This document shows positions 11,193 through 20,465 of a DNA stretch of 64,000 bases, in pieces. This DNA is from Nitrospirota bacterium (GTDB lineage: Bacteria > Nitrospirota > Thermodesulfovibrionia > Thermodesulfovibrionales > Dissulfurispiraceae), in assembly GCA_963790025.1 (NCBI GenBank), contig CAWBMP010000005.1, positions 352,001-416,000 of the forward strand, read 5' to 3'. Below the pieces are notes generated by a model that was not told where the DNA came from, did not search any database, and worked only from the letters and a program-made list of their open reading frames with translations. Positions within the stretch are counted from its first letter, which is position 1, and each line of letters opens with the position of its first letter. A program made the position numbers and the translations under genes.

Positions 11193-12173
11193 ATGTCTGA
11201 TATGAAAAAACAACTTATGTGGTCCAAACTCAGGGTCGGGGTGGTTATAAGCATCGGCTTAGCATTAGTGCTGTTAACGGTCTTTTTTGCCGGGAAAATA
11301 GAAGACCTGATTTCATCGAAAGTGATTATCAAGGCGAAAATCGATGATGTAAGGGGACTCAGACGGGGCGCTCCGGTTTGGGTTTCGGGCATCGAAGTCG
11401 GTTTTGTGAAAAACATAAGCCTTAATCCCCCGTATGGCCCGGTAGTCACGATGGCGATAAACAAGAGTGCGCTGCCCTATGTAAGAACCGATTCTTATGC
11501 CAACGTTATTACCCAGGGACTCCTCGGCGATAAGTATATAGAGTTGACCTGCGGAACGACTGAGGCCGGGCAGATCAAGGAAGGCAGTTTCATAAGTGGT
11601 GGAGCGCAACTGGAAGTGAAGGACATGGTTGAAGCCAGTTCCAGGTCACTGGAACAGTTTTCCGAATTTGTGAATAAACTCAACACAGTTATAGAGCATT
11701 TCGGGAATAAAGAGGGGACTGTGGCAAAACTGCTTAACGATCCGGCTCTTTATAACAATTTAAAGGAATCTTCCGCTGCTCTCCTCGCAATGCTGAAGGA
11801 GATTAAAGAATCTGAAGGCTCCGCGAAGATGTTGATAAATGACCCATCTGTTTACAACAATTTGCTTTCGGCCTCATCTTCCATGGAGCAATTCGGCAGG
11901 AAAATAAACGAGGGGAATGGCGCGCTTAAAAAGCTTGCCGAGAGCCCGGAGATTTACGATAATATCAATAATGCATCCCGGAAACTCGATGCCGCCCTCT
12001 CCGAGATCGATGCAGGTAAAGGTGCCTTAGGGACGCTTGTCAAAGATAAAAAGCTTGCCGCGGACCTGAAAGAAAGCGTCACAGGACTAAGGGATGCAGT
12101 GGATGAATTAAAGGAACTGACGAAAGACATAAAGGCCAACCCCAGGAAATATTTTAAATTCAGCATTTTTTGA
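11193..12173 (+). CDS. MlaD/MCE family protein with helical extension
   Basis: N-terminal TM, GLRRGAPV..SGIEVG.V, QGLLGDKYIEL. Confidence 0.9.
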   Translation: MSDMKKQLMWSKLRVGVVISIGLALVLLTVFFAGKIEDLISSKVIIKAKIDDVRGLRRGAPVWVSGIEVGFVKNISLNPPYGPVVTMAINKSALPYVRTDSYANVITQGLLGDKYIELTCGTTEAGQIKEGSFISGGAQLEVKDMVEASSRSLEQFSEFVNKLNTVIEHFGNKEGTVAKLLNDPALYNNLKESSAALLAMLKEIKESEGSAKMLINDPSVYNNLLSASSSMEQFGRKINEGNGALKKLAESPEIYDNINNASRKLDAALSEIDAGKGALGTLVKDKKLAADLKESVTGLRDAVDELKELTKDIKANPRKYFKFSIF

Positions 12174-12282
12174 TGGATGAGGCATTTCTTTATTCATAGT
12201 TTCCTGCGCTATTTATTTCATCAATTAACGCGCGACCCTGTATAATAAGAAGTGAACTACAGCGAGAAGGGAGAATAAGGTA

Positions 12283-12537
12283 ATGAGCGATGAGACAAAA
12301 GATAAACAGACAACCGAAACGTTGAAGACATGCGGACTGTGTTCTCATATGAGGATGACGAACCAGGGAAAAACGGCGGAGTGCGAGTTAAAGGGTAAGG
12401 GCATGCACTACGGTGTCAAATTCCGGCGGAAGCCGAGCGGTGACTTTGACACATTCGCGTGGCTGAAGGCCCGGGACTGCGTCCATTACGACGGGGACGA
12501 TGAGGAGATGCCTGAAGAGGAAAAGACGGACTCGTAA
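12283..12537 (+). CDS. Small hypothetical Cys-containing protein
   Basis: CGLC plus two more Cys, acidic tail; TATAAT and GGGAG upstream. Confidence 0.65.
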   Translation: MSDETKDKQTTETLKTCGLCSHMRMTNQGKTAECELKGKGMHYGVKFRRKPSGDFDTFAWLKARDCVHYDGDDEEMPEEEKTDS

Positions 12538-12542
12538 CACTC

Positions 12543-14015
12543 ATGAATGGGACTGATAGGCGACACCGGACTATTCTGGGCAGAATCGCCCGGAGGGTGA
12601 TGCTTGAAAGAGGATTGCTTCCTGACTTTTCCGCCGAAGCACTTGCTGAGCTTGCTGCTATGCAGGGCCCTGCGACAGCGGACGCTGATCACATCCGCGA
12701 TCTGAGGAATCTTCCCTGGGCTTCCATTGACAACGATGACTCGCGTGACCTTGACCAACTGACAGTTGCCGGGGAGGCGCCGGGCGACAGTGTAAAGATT
12801 TTTGTTGCTGTGGCAGACGTGGACTCACTCGTTCGGAATGGCTCGGCAATCGACGCTCACGCCCGCCACAATACGACTTCTGTCTATACCGCAGCTCAAA
12901 TATTCCCCATGCTTCCTGAAAAGCTTTCCACGGGCCTCACATCTCTCAACTTCAATGAGGACCGGCTCGCTATAGTAGCTGAAATAGTGATCGCGTCAGA
13001 CGGCTCGATGCAGGGTTCTGATATCTACCGGGCGCTTGTGCGCAATCGTGCGAAGCTCGCCTATAACAGTGTTGCAGCGTGGCTTGACGGAAATGCTCCT
13101 CTGCCTGGGCCCATAGCTGGTGTAAAGGGACTCGATGATAATCTCCAAATGCAGGACAGCGCAGCACAAAGTATGAAGAATTTCCGTCATGTGCACGGTG
13201 CATTAAGCTTCGAGACTGTCAAGGCAAAAACGATATTTGACGGCGATGAAATTCACGAACTCGAAACAGAAAAGAAGAACCGCGCAAAAGACATTATTGA
13301 GGACTTCATGATAGCGGCAAACGGTGTGGTAGCAAGGTATCTTGCATCAAAAAACGTCCCGTCCATCCGCCGCGTAGTGCGCACTCCCAAACGATGGGAA
13401 AGGATTGTCGAGATTGCCCATGACCATGGTTTCGCTCTCCCTGCCAGGCCGGATCCAATAGCCCTTGAGAAATTCCTGGCGATACAGAAAGCGGCAGATC
13501 AGCTCAGATTTCCCGATCTGTCCCTCATTATTATTAAACTTATGGGGTCCGGTGAATATGTTGCAGAGTTTCCTGGAGAGCGTGCCCCGGGCCACTTTGG
13601 TCTCGCTGTCAGAGACTATACCCATTCTACGGCGCCGAACCGCCGGTATCCCGATCTGATCAGTCAACGTTTGCTCAAGGCCGCATTTGAAGGTACAGCC
13701 TTGCCATACAGCAACGATGAACTTGTGGAACTTGCGCAACATTGCACCAGGGAAGAGGATGTTGCCAACAAAGTTGAGCGTCAGGTTTATAAGTCCGCTG
13801 CTGCACTTCTTCTGGAATCCAGAATAGGCGAAAAGTTTGATGCCATCGTTACAGGGGCAGCCCAGAAAGGGACCTGGGTCCGGCTTCTAAGCATGCCTGT
13901 CGAAGGCAGGCTGGTCCATGGGTTCGAAGGCGCTGACATCGGCCATCGGATGCGTGTGCAACTGGTCTTTACCGATGTTGAGCGGGGCTACATAGATTTC
14001 AAAAAAGTCAGGTAA
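12543..14015 (+). CDS. RNB-domain exoribonuclease (RNase II/R family, short form)
   Basis: SIDNDDSRDLDQ, IEDFMIAAN, YTHSTAPNRRYPDL. Confidence 0.93.
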   Translation: MNGTDRRHRTILGRIARRVMLERGLLPDFSAEALAELAAMQGPATADADHIRDLRNLPWASIDNDDSRDLDQLTVAGEAPGDSVKIFVAVADVDSLVRNGSAIDAHARHNTTSVYTAAQIFPMLPEKLSTGLTSLNFNEDRLAIVAEIVIASDGSMQGSDIYRALVRNRAKLAYNSVAAWLDGNAPLPGPIAGVKGLDDNLQMQDSAAQSMKNFRHVHGALSFETVKAKTIFDGDEIHELETEKKNRAKDIIEDFMIAANGVVARYLASKNVPSIRRVVRTPKRWERIVEIAHDHGFALPARPDPIALEKFLAIQKAADQLRFPDLSLIIIKLMGSGEYVAEFPGERAPGHFGLAVRDYTHSTAPNRRYPDLISQRLLKAAFEGTALPYSNDELVELAQHCTREEDVANKVERQVYKSAAALLLESRIGEKFDAIVTGAAQKGTWVRLLSMPVEGRLVHGFEGADIGHRMRVQLVFTDVERGYIDFKKVR

Positions 14016-14100
14016 TCTACGAGAGGCTGTAACTTAAAGTCCTCAATTAAAAAGTTTATCGACAGTCGCATTTGCCGGGTTCCGAAGGACCGTTTAATTG

Positions 14101-14109
14101 TGTTATAAT
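14101..14109 (+). promoter_or_regulatory. Extended -10 promoter (TGnTATAAT) for def-fmt operon
   Basis: TGTTATAAT, 5 nt before def ATG. Confidence 0.65.
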
Positions 14110-14114
14110 TTGAC

Positions 14115-14633
14115 ATGGCCGTTTTGGAGATCAAGAAATACCCTGAGGAAATCCTGAAGAAGAAATCGCTGAGGGTTGAGCGCGTGGATGGCCCGCTTAG
14201 GGGCCTCATTGATGATATGATCGAAACTATGTACGCGGCGCCGGGTGTCGGCCTTGCAGCTCCCCAGGTCGGGGTTTCCAAAAGGCTTATTGTTGTCGAT
14301 GTGAGCACAAGGGAAGAGAAATGCCCCCTCATTGTGCTTATAAATCCAGAGATAGTTGAGGCCGATGGCTTTGACGACGCTGAAGAGGGTTGTCTGAGTG
14401 TGCCTGAATATACCGCAGTTATCACCAGGGCGGAAAGCATAAAGGTAAAGGGGCTGGACAGGAATGGCGACCCCTTGGAAATAGTTGCAGTCGGTCTCCT
14501 TGCCAGGGCGCTCCAACATGAAATCGACCACCTCGAAGGCGTATTGTTTATCGATAGGTTAAGCTCGATCAAGAGGGAATTTTTTAAAAAGCGGTACCGT
14601 AAAGCAGTTAAAGAAATCCACGCAGGCACGTAA
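14115..14633 (+). CDS. def: Peptide deformylase
   Basis: GVGLAAPQ, EGCLS, QHEIDHLEG. Confidence 0.98.
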   Translation: MAVLEIKKYPEEILKKKSLRVERVDGPLRGLIDDMIETMYAAPGVGLAAPQVGVSKRLIVVDVSTREEKCPLIVLINPEIVEADGFDDAEEGCLSVPEYTAVITRAESIKVKGLDRNGDPLEIVAVGLLARALQHEIDHLEGVLFIDRLSSIKREFFKKRYRKAVKEIHAGT

Positions 14634-14642
14634 AGGTATCTT

Positions 14643-15569
14643 GTGTCCTTAATCTTCTTCGGCACTCCTCACTTTGCTGTCCCGTCGCTGCAGGCATTAA
14701 TAAGCGCACACGAAGATATCGCTCTGGTGGTAACACAGCCCGATAAAATAAAAGGTAGAGGACATGTTCTGGCGTCTCCGCCGGTAAAAGATATTGCAAT
14801 TGCTCACGGCATCAACGTCGTACAGCCGGCCAAAATAAGGAATAATGAGGAATTTTATAATATCCTTGAAGAGGTCAGCCCGGAGTTTATTATTGCTGTG
14901 GCATACGGGAAAATACTGCCCGAACCAATTCTTAGAATACCGCGGTCGGGGTGTATTAATGTCCACGGTTCGCTCCTGCCGAAATACCGGGGCGCGGCTC
15001 CTGTCCAATGGGCGCTCATCAATGGAGAAAAAATCACCGGTGTCACGACGATGCTTATGGACAGCGGCATGGATACAGGTGATATACTGGTGCATGCCGA
15101 AATGGAGATTCGGGATGACGATAATTCCGAAACGCTTTCACGGAAACTCGCCGATCTTGGGGGAAGAACGCTTGTCGAAACTGTTGAGAGAATAAGGTCG
15201 GGCACGGTGAAGGCGGTGCCGCAGACCGGCAATGCAACCTATGCGCCTCCTCTCAAGAAGGAGGATGGCAGAATCGACTGGAACAGGAGCGCGGAGGAGT
15301 TATTACATTTTGTAAAGGGCATGTTCCCGTGGCCTTCCGCATTCTGTTATCTTAACGGAGAGATGATAAAGATAATCAAAGTGAAACCGCTCAATGGAGA
15401 GGGCTTTCCGGGGAGGATCGAAAAGGCATCGGGGAGACAACTCGTGGCCGGTACCGGAAAGGGCCTCCTTTTGGTGGAAGAACTCCAACCGGCGGGGAAG
15501 AGGATAATGTTAGCCGAGGCATTCCTGTCCGGCAGAAGATTGAAAGAGGGACATGAAACGTTTTCTTAG
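14643..15569 (+). CDS. fmt: Methionyl-tRNA formyltransferase
   Basis: FFGTPHFA, VVTQPD, INVHGSLLPKYRGAAP. Confidence 0.98.
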   Translation: MSLIFFGTPHFAVPSLQALISAHEDIALVVTQPDKIKGRGHVLASPPVKDIAIAHGINVVQPAKIRNNEEFYNILEEVSPEFIIAVAYGKILPEPILRIPRSGCINVHGSLLPKYRGAAPVQWALINGEKITGVTTMLMDSGMDTGDILVHAEMEIRDDDNSETLSRKLADLGGRTLVETVERIRSGTVKAVPQTGNATYAPPLKKEDGRIDWNRSAEELLHFVKGMFPWPSAFCYLNGEMIKIIKVKPLNGEGFPGRIEKASGRQLVAGTGKGLLLVEELQPAGKRIMLAEAFLSGRRLKEGHETFS

Positions 15570-16089
15570 GGGTTTTGTTTTAAAGGTGCTCTATCCGTTG
15601 CTCATGCTCGCCGGGGCTTTTCTGAAGGACAGAAAAGAACGGTTGCAGCGTTACATTATCGATCTTAATAATTGGCTCATCAGGTCGGAGCCCGAGAGGT
15701 ACAGGACGAAGAGGATTCTCCTGCTCTTGCCTCATTGCCTGCAGACCAATGATTGTGATGTCAGAATAACCAATGATATTTATAATTGCAAGCGGTGCGG
15801 CAAGTGTGGAATCAAGGACCTCATAGAGGTAGCTGATGATAACGACCTCAAGCTCTTCGTTGCTACAGGAGGCAATCTGGCCCGGCGCATTGTAAGTGAT
15901 GTGAGGCCGGAGGCTATTGTTGCCGTTGCCTGTGAAAGGGATTTAAGCAGCGGCATTGCCGACAGCTATCCCCTGCCGGTTATGGGCGTCCCGAATGAGC
16001 GGCCTTGCGGCCCCTGCCGCAATACGCGTGTGGATATGGAAAAGGTAAGGGAAGCTATTAAATTTTTCGGGGTAGATGGTAAGCAGTAG
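15553..16089 (+). CDS. DUF116-like metal-binding protein
   Basis: LLPHCLQ, CKRCGKC, ATGG, VACERDL; usual position between fmt and rsmB. Confidence 0.85.
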   Translation: MKRFLRGFVLKVLYPLLMLAGAFLKDRKERLQRYIIDLNNWLIRSEPERYRTKRILLLLPHCLQTNDCDVRITNDIYNCKRCGKCGIKDLIEVADDNDLKLFVATGGNLARRIVSDVRPEAIVAVACERDLSSGIADSYPLPVMGVPNERPCGPCRNTRVDMEKVREAIKFFGVDGKQ

Positions 16090-16095
16090 GAAAGT

Positions 16096-17481
16096 ATGTC
16101 GCCGACCAGAGAACGTGCTGTTGTTGCCCTGAATAAAATTTTCAAAAGAGGTAAAAAGCCCAGGGAAGTGATAGAGGCATTGTCATGGCAGGAAGACAAC
16201 AGGGAGCGGGCCTTCCTCATGGAACTGGTATACGGTGTTTTGAGGTACAGGGACTTCCTTGACTGGATGCTGAAGGACTTCCTGGTGAAGCCGTCAGGAT
16301 TGTCTTTTGATACTATCAATAATCTGAGAATTGCAGTGTATCAGATTGCATATATGCGTGTTCCGGAATGGGCTGTGGTGAATGAGGCGGTTGATATAGA
16401 GAAGTCGCAAAGGGGAAGGGCATCGCTAGTGAACGCGGTCTTGAGGAACTTTCTCAGACACCGAGAGGATGCTTCGAGCCGAGCACTCAGCACGCTACCG
16501 ACTGGCGATTTGAGCGCGTGGGGGGGTTCCCTTACCTCTATTGCAATTGCAACATCACATCCGGCATGGATGGTAAAACGGTGGACCAAGCGGTTGGGAC
16601 ATGATGGGGCCCTCAGACTGGCCCAAAAAAACAACGAGGTACCGCGGCTTGTTATAAGAATAGATGATCCGGATGCACGGGAAAACGCGGTATCAGTCCT
16701 CGCAGCAAAGGGCGTGCGCGCTCATAAAACTATTTACTCACCGTCCGGAATTGTACTGGACGATCTGCATTCTTTCGGAGACATTTCCGGTTTACTGGAT
16801 TTCCCCTGTATCGTCCAGGATGAGGCAGCTCAGCTGATAACTTTTCTGCTGGCCCCCTGTCAGGGAGAAACAATACTGGATGCCTGCGCTGCTCCGGGGG
16901 GAAAAACAACACATATTGCAAAACTTATGGGTGACAGCGGGAAGGTCATAGCGGTCGAGAACGAACCGGAAAGAATAGGGAGGCTTCAGGAAAATATCTC
17001 GAGGCTGGGGTTATGCTCGGCGGTGGTTTTGCGGGGCGACGTTCGTGAGTTACCCCAAAATTTTATGCGAATTTTCGGGGACGCCGGGCCTGATTCCTGC
17101 CGGTTTGACCGTATTCTTCTGGACGCCCCTTGTTCGGCCCTGGGTGTAATAAGAAGAAACCCTGATGTAAAGTACCGGCATTGCCCGAAGGACCTGCAGC
17201 GGTTCGGAGAAAATCAACTGGTGCTCCTCCAGGCTGTTTCGAGATATCTGAAGGCTGGTGGAATTATGGTATATTCAGTGTGCTCAACAGAGCCTGAAGA
17301 AGGAGAGGAAGTAATCGGAATGTTTTTGCGCAGCAATCGTAATTTCAGTATTATAAAAGGTGAGCGGGATTTTCTGAAACCGTTTGAATATTGTGATTCG
17401 GGACGGTCATTTTACAGGACTTTTCCCCACGAGCATGATATGGATGGGTTTTTTGCGGCACGGTTGAAAAAGATTGAATGA
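16096..17481 (+). CDS. rsmB: 16S rRNA m5C967 methyltransferase
   Basis: NusB-like N-terminus, LDACAAPGGKT, DAPCS, YSVCS, DGFF. Confidence 0.95.
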   Translation: MSPTRERAVVALNKIFKRGKKPREVIEALSWQEDNRERAFLMELVYGVLRYRDFLDWMLKDFLVKPSGLSFDTINNLRIAVYQIAYMRVPEWAVVNEAVDIEKSQRGRASLVNAVLRNFLRHREDASSRALSTLPTGDLSAWGGSLTSIAIATSHPAWMVKRWTKRLGHDGALRLAQKNNEVPRLVIRIDDPDARENAVSVLAAKGVRAHKTIYSPSGIVLDDLHSFGDISGLLDFPCIVQDEAAQLITFLLAPCQGETILDACAAPGGKTTHIAKLMGDSGKVIAVENEPERIGRLQENISRLGLCSAVVLRGDVRELPQNFMRIFGDAGPDSCRFDRILLDAPCSALGVIRRNPDVKYRHCPKDLQRFGENQLVLLQAVSRYLKAGGIMVYSVCSTEPEEGEEVIGMFLRSNRNFSIIKGERDFLKPFEYCDSGRSFYRTFPHEHDMDGFFAARLKKIE

Positions 17482-18029
17482 GGAGTTTAATAAAAATACT
17501 GGCTTATATAATTGTCTTACTGTTCTTAGGTGTTGTTGCAGGCCATTTTACTTTTCAACTTCTCAGCTTCAGCAGGACTGTGGTTGTTCCCGATCTGAAG
17601 GGAAGGGAAATGATGGAAGCCAACAACATCATCAGGAACAAGGGGTTGTATATCCGCCTTGAAGGTGAAGATTACGACCCGGCCATACCTCAGGGTAACA
17701 TAATCCGTCAGGACATACCTTCCGGCAGTAAGGTAAAGGAGGGCAGGGAAATAGGTATCGTGCTGAGCAAGGGGCCCAGGATGCAGTACGTCCCGGATAT
17801 TGTGGGGCAGCCTCTCGACATGGCCGGAGCGATATTAAAGGAGAAGGGCATACGTATCGACAAGATATTATATGTGCATTCTGAGAAGACACAGCGGAAT
17901 ATTGTTTTGGCACAGAGACCGGAGACTAACGAAAGCGGTGCCGATGTTTTCAGTGTTATCGTCAGCCTCGGTGATTTCGAGGACGCCAATAGAACAAAAG
18001 AAAAAATGGCTATAGGCAACAGGCAATAG
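17478..18029 (+). CDS. PASTA-domain membrane protein
   Basis: N-terminal TM, two VPDL.G/VPDIVG PASTA repeats. Confidence 0.88.
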   Translation: MRSLIKILAYIIVLLFLGVVAGHFTFQLLSFSRTVVVPDLKGREMMEANNIIRNKGLYIRLEGEDYDPAIPQGNIIRQDIPSGSKVKEGREIGIVLSKGPRMQYVPDIVGQPLDMAGAILKEKGIRIDKILYVHSEKTQRNIVLAQRPETNESGADVFSVIVSLGDFEDANRTKEKMAIGNRQ

Positions 18030-18140
18030 GCTATAGGCAACGGACAAAAAAAGAAAACCGCGATGCATGATATTATGATATTGGCCAAGTTGAATTTAGG
18101 AATCTTTTGCCTTTCGCATATAGCCTATTGCCTATAGCCT
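18008..18140. repeat. Tandem-heptamer palindrome (GGCTATA/GGCAATA units)
   Basis: GGCTATA GGCAACA GGCAATA GGCTATA GGCAACG ... TTGCCTT TCGCATA TAGCCTA TTGCCTA TAGCCT. Confidence 0.85.
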
Positions 18141-18158
18141 GAATTTTTGGGAGGAAAC

Positions 18159-18836
18159 GTGATTAAAATTGCCCCATCATTATTATCTGCGGATTTCTTG
18201 AGACTCGGTGAAGAAATAAAGGCTGTTGAGGCCTCCGGAGCCGATATACTGCATCTCGATGTAATGGATGGGCATTTTGTCCCCAATATAACCATAGGGC
18301 CGGCCATTGTGGAGGCAATACGGAAGGCAACTGCCCTGCCGCTCGATGTCCACCTGATGATCGACAATCCGGACAGGTTTTTGGATGATTTCATCAAGGC
18401 CGGCGCCGATTATCTCACAGTTCATGTCGAGGCATCTGTTCACCTGCACCGGATCGTTGAGTATGTCAAGGATAAAGGTGTAAAGGCCGCAGTATCTTTG
18501 AATCCGGCAACACCGCTTTTAACACTCGATCAAATCCTGCCGGACCTTGACATGGTGCTTCTGATGTCGGTCAATCCCGGCTTTGGAGGACAGAAATTCA
18601 TTCCCTTTCTTCTGGATAAGATACGCTTGCTTAAAACCGTTATCAGGGAAAGGGGCCTCAACACACTTATCGAGGTTGATGGAGGCATTAAGCCCGACAA
18701 TGCGACGGAAATAGGCTCTGCAGGGGCCGATATTCTCGTCATGGGGTCCGCATATTTCTACTCAGGGAATTATAATTCGCTGATTAAGGATCTCAGGACG
18801 CGATTGGCCGGAATCGGAGAGCTGCATGGAAAATAA
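18159..18836 (+). CDS. rpe: Ribulose-phosphate 3-epimerase
   Basis: IAPSLLSADF, HLDVMDGHFVPN, MSVNPGFGGQ; GTG 18159 after GGAGG. Confidence 0.97.
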   Translation: MIKIAPSLLSADFLRLGEEIKAVEASGADILHLDVMDGHFVPNITIGPAIVEAIRKATALPLDVHLMIDNPDRFLDDFIKAGADYLTVHVEASVHLHRIVEYVKDKGVKAAVSLNPATPLLTLDQILPDLDMVLLMSVNPGFGGQKFIPFLLDKIRLLKTVIRERGLNTLIEVDGGIKPDNATEIGSAGADILVMGSAYFYSGNYNSLIKDLRTRLAGIGELHGK

Positions 18837-19920
18837 GATTATTGCTCTTATAAGGAAGGCGGAAGTTTTAAGGGAGAAGGCGCAATACAGAGAAGCGTTG
18901 AAGATTTTTAAAAGTGCCCTCTCTATGAGCAAAAGACATGGCAACGTGGAAGGTGTTCTCGATGCTACCCTTGCCACTGCTGATATCAGCAGGATGACCG
19001 GCGATTTTGCCCGTGCCATAAGGGATTATGAAGAGGCGCTTGAGGCGTCGGAAGCCCTGGGGAACCGGCTCACTGCTGCGGACTGCATGGTCGGGATGGG
19101 ACTCTCCCTGAGAGCAATCGGAATGTGGAAAGAGGCCCTGCGGTTTATCACTGCAGCAAAAAAAATATACGTTAGGGAACAGGATAAGAAGGGTACGGCA
19201 TTTTCTCTGTGGGCTGAAGCAGGAGTGCTCCGGGTTGCCGGGAATATCAGCAAGTCTATTGCACTATTCAAGGATGCGGAAGCGGCATTCTCTTCAATCA
19301 GGTTTAATCCAGGTGTCGCATATGCCCTATGCGGGTTAGGCGGCACACACCGCATTGCCGGGAAATACGGCGATTCACTCCGCTATTACCGGCGGGCGAA
19401 TGAAATGTTTGGTAATATGAAGGACAAGTTCGGGACCGCATATTCCCACTGCGGCATCGGAAACGCATATAGAATGAAAGGCCAATACGGGGATGCGATG
19501 AAGCACTTCACGAAAGCGGCACAACTTTATGAAGATATCGGCGACATTGTCAGCTATTCCTATACGCTATGGAGTGTTGCCACTCTTTACAAAATGCAGC
19601 GGGACTTTGATAGAGCAAAACTCAACATAGCTGTTGCAGTGCGTAATTTCAAGAAAACCAAAGACCCGCGGGGGATAATTTATTGCAACCTGGCCCTTGG
19701 AGAAATAGACTTAATTGGCGGCAGAAACGCCGCTGCCGGAAAAAGGCTTCGGGGAGCATTGATCGATGCCGAAAAGAATGGCTTCAGCCTCGAGCAATGC
19801 CATGCAAAGACACTCCTTGCATTCCTGTCAGGGGCCTCCGGAAACCAAGTGCCTTTATCTTGCTACAAGAGGATTGGAGTTGCGATACAAGCCGCTGCAA
19901 TTCCTTTTAATATTCCATGA
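18826..19920 (+). CDS. Tetratricopeptide repeat protein
   Basis: About 40-aa helical repeats (AYALCGLGG, AYSHCGIGN). Confidence 0.85.
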   Translation: MENKIIALIRKAEVLREKAQYREALKIFKSALSMSKRHGNVEGVLDATLATADISRMTGDFARAIRDYEEALEASEALGNRLTAADCMVGMGLSLRAIGMWKEALRFITAAKKIYVREQDKKGTAFSLWAEAGVLRVAGNISKSIALFKDAEAAFSSIRFNPGVAYALCGLGGTHRIAGKYGDSLRYYRRANEMFGNMKDKFGTAYSHCGIGNAYRMKGQYGDAMKHFTKAAQLYEDIGDIVSYSYTLWSVATLYKMQRDFDRAKLNIAVAVRNFKKTKDPRGIIYCNLALGEIDLIGGRNAAAGKRLRGALIDAEKNGFSLEQCHAKTLLAFLSGASGNQVPLSCYKRIGVAIQAAAIPFNIP

Positions 19921-20465
19921 GCCGCGCCAAAGTCCTTACCTTGCCGAACAGCATCACATTTGTCAGAATTGTGATCATACCCGTTTTTGTGACGGCCCTG
20001 ATTTATAAGCGATACTATTACGCGCTGTTTCTTTTTATAGGGGCTGGGGTCTCGGACCTCCTAGACGGCCTTCTCGCAAGAATGACGGACCAAAAAACGC
20101 TACTCGGCGCATTTCTCGATCCGCTGGCAGACAAATTCCTGCTAATGACATCGTTCATACTGTTTTCAGTTTACGGGTGGATACCGATGTGGGTGACCGT
20201 GACCGTGATAAGCCGTGACGTGATCGTCATGCTGGGCTGGCTCCTGCTGTATCTCCTATATGACATAACTAAGGTTGAGCCATCGCTGACCGGAAAGACT
20301 GCCATCGCTGCAGAGCTTGTGCTGATAGCCTATACGCTTCTTTCTCTTACTTTGCGCGGTTTCCAGCCTCCCCGGAACTGGATGTTCGCGGTCGTTGCCC
20401 TGCTGACTACGCTCTCGGGGCTTCAGTATATTTATAGGGGGTTGAGACAGGCTGGTGAAAGGTAA
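19917..20465 (+). CDS. CDP-alcohol phosphatidyltransferase (PgsA-like)
   Basis: LPNSIT, DLLDGLLAR...GAFLDPLADK. Confidence 0.93.
   Translation: MSRAKVLTLPNSITFVRIVIIPVFVTALIYKRYYYALFLFIGAGVSDLLDGLLARMTDQKTLLGAFLDPLADKFLLMTSFILFSVYGWIPMWVTVTVISRDVIVMLGWLLLYLLYDITKVEPSLTGKTAIAAELVLIAYTLLSLTLRGFQPPRNWMFAVVALLTTLSGLQYIYRGLRQAGER

Noticed and set aside
14021..14068. GAGGCTGT...GACAGTCGC as a degenerate MITE or IS end
   Set aside because: Inverted match is short and imperfect, and there is no second copy in the window.
16468..16530. Possible repeat-derived insertion in rsmB (DASSRALSTLPTGDLSAWGG)
   Set aside because: Only weak periodicity and palindromy; this inter-domain linker is naturally variable.
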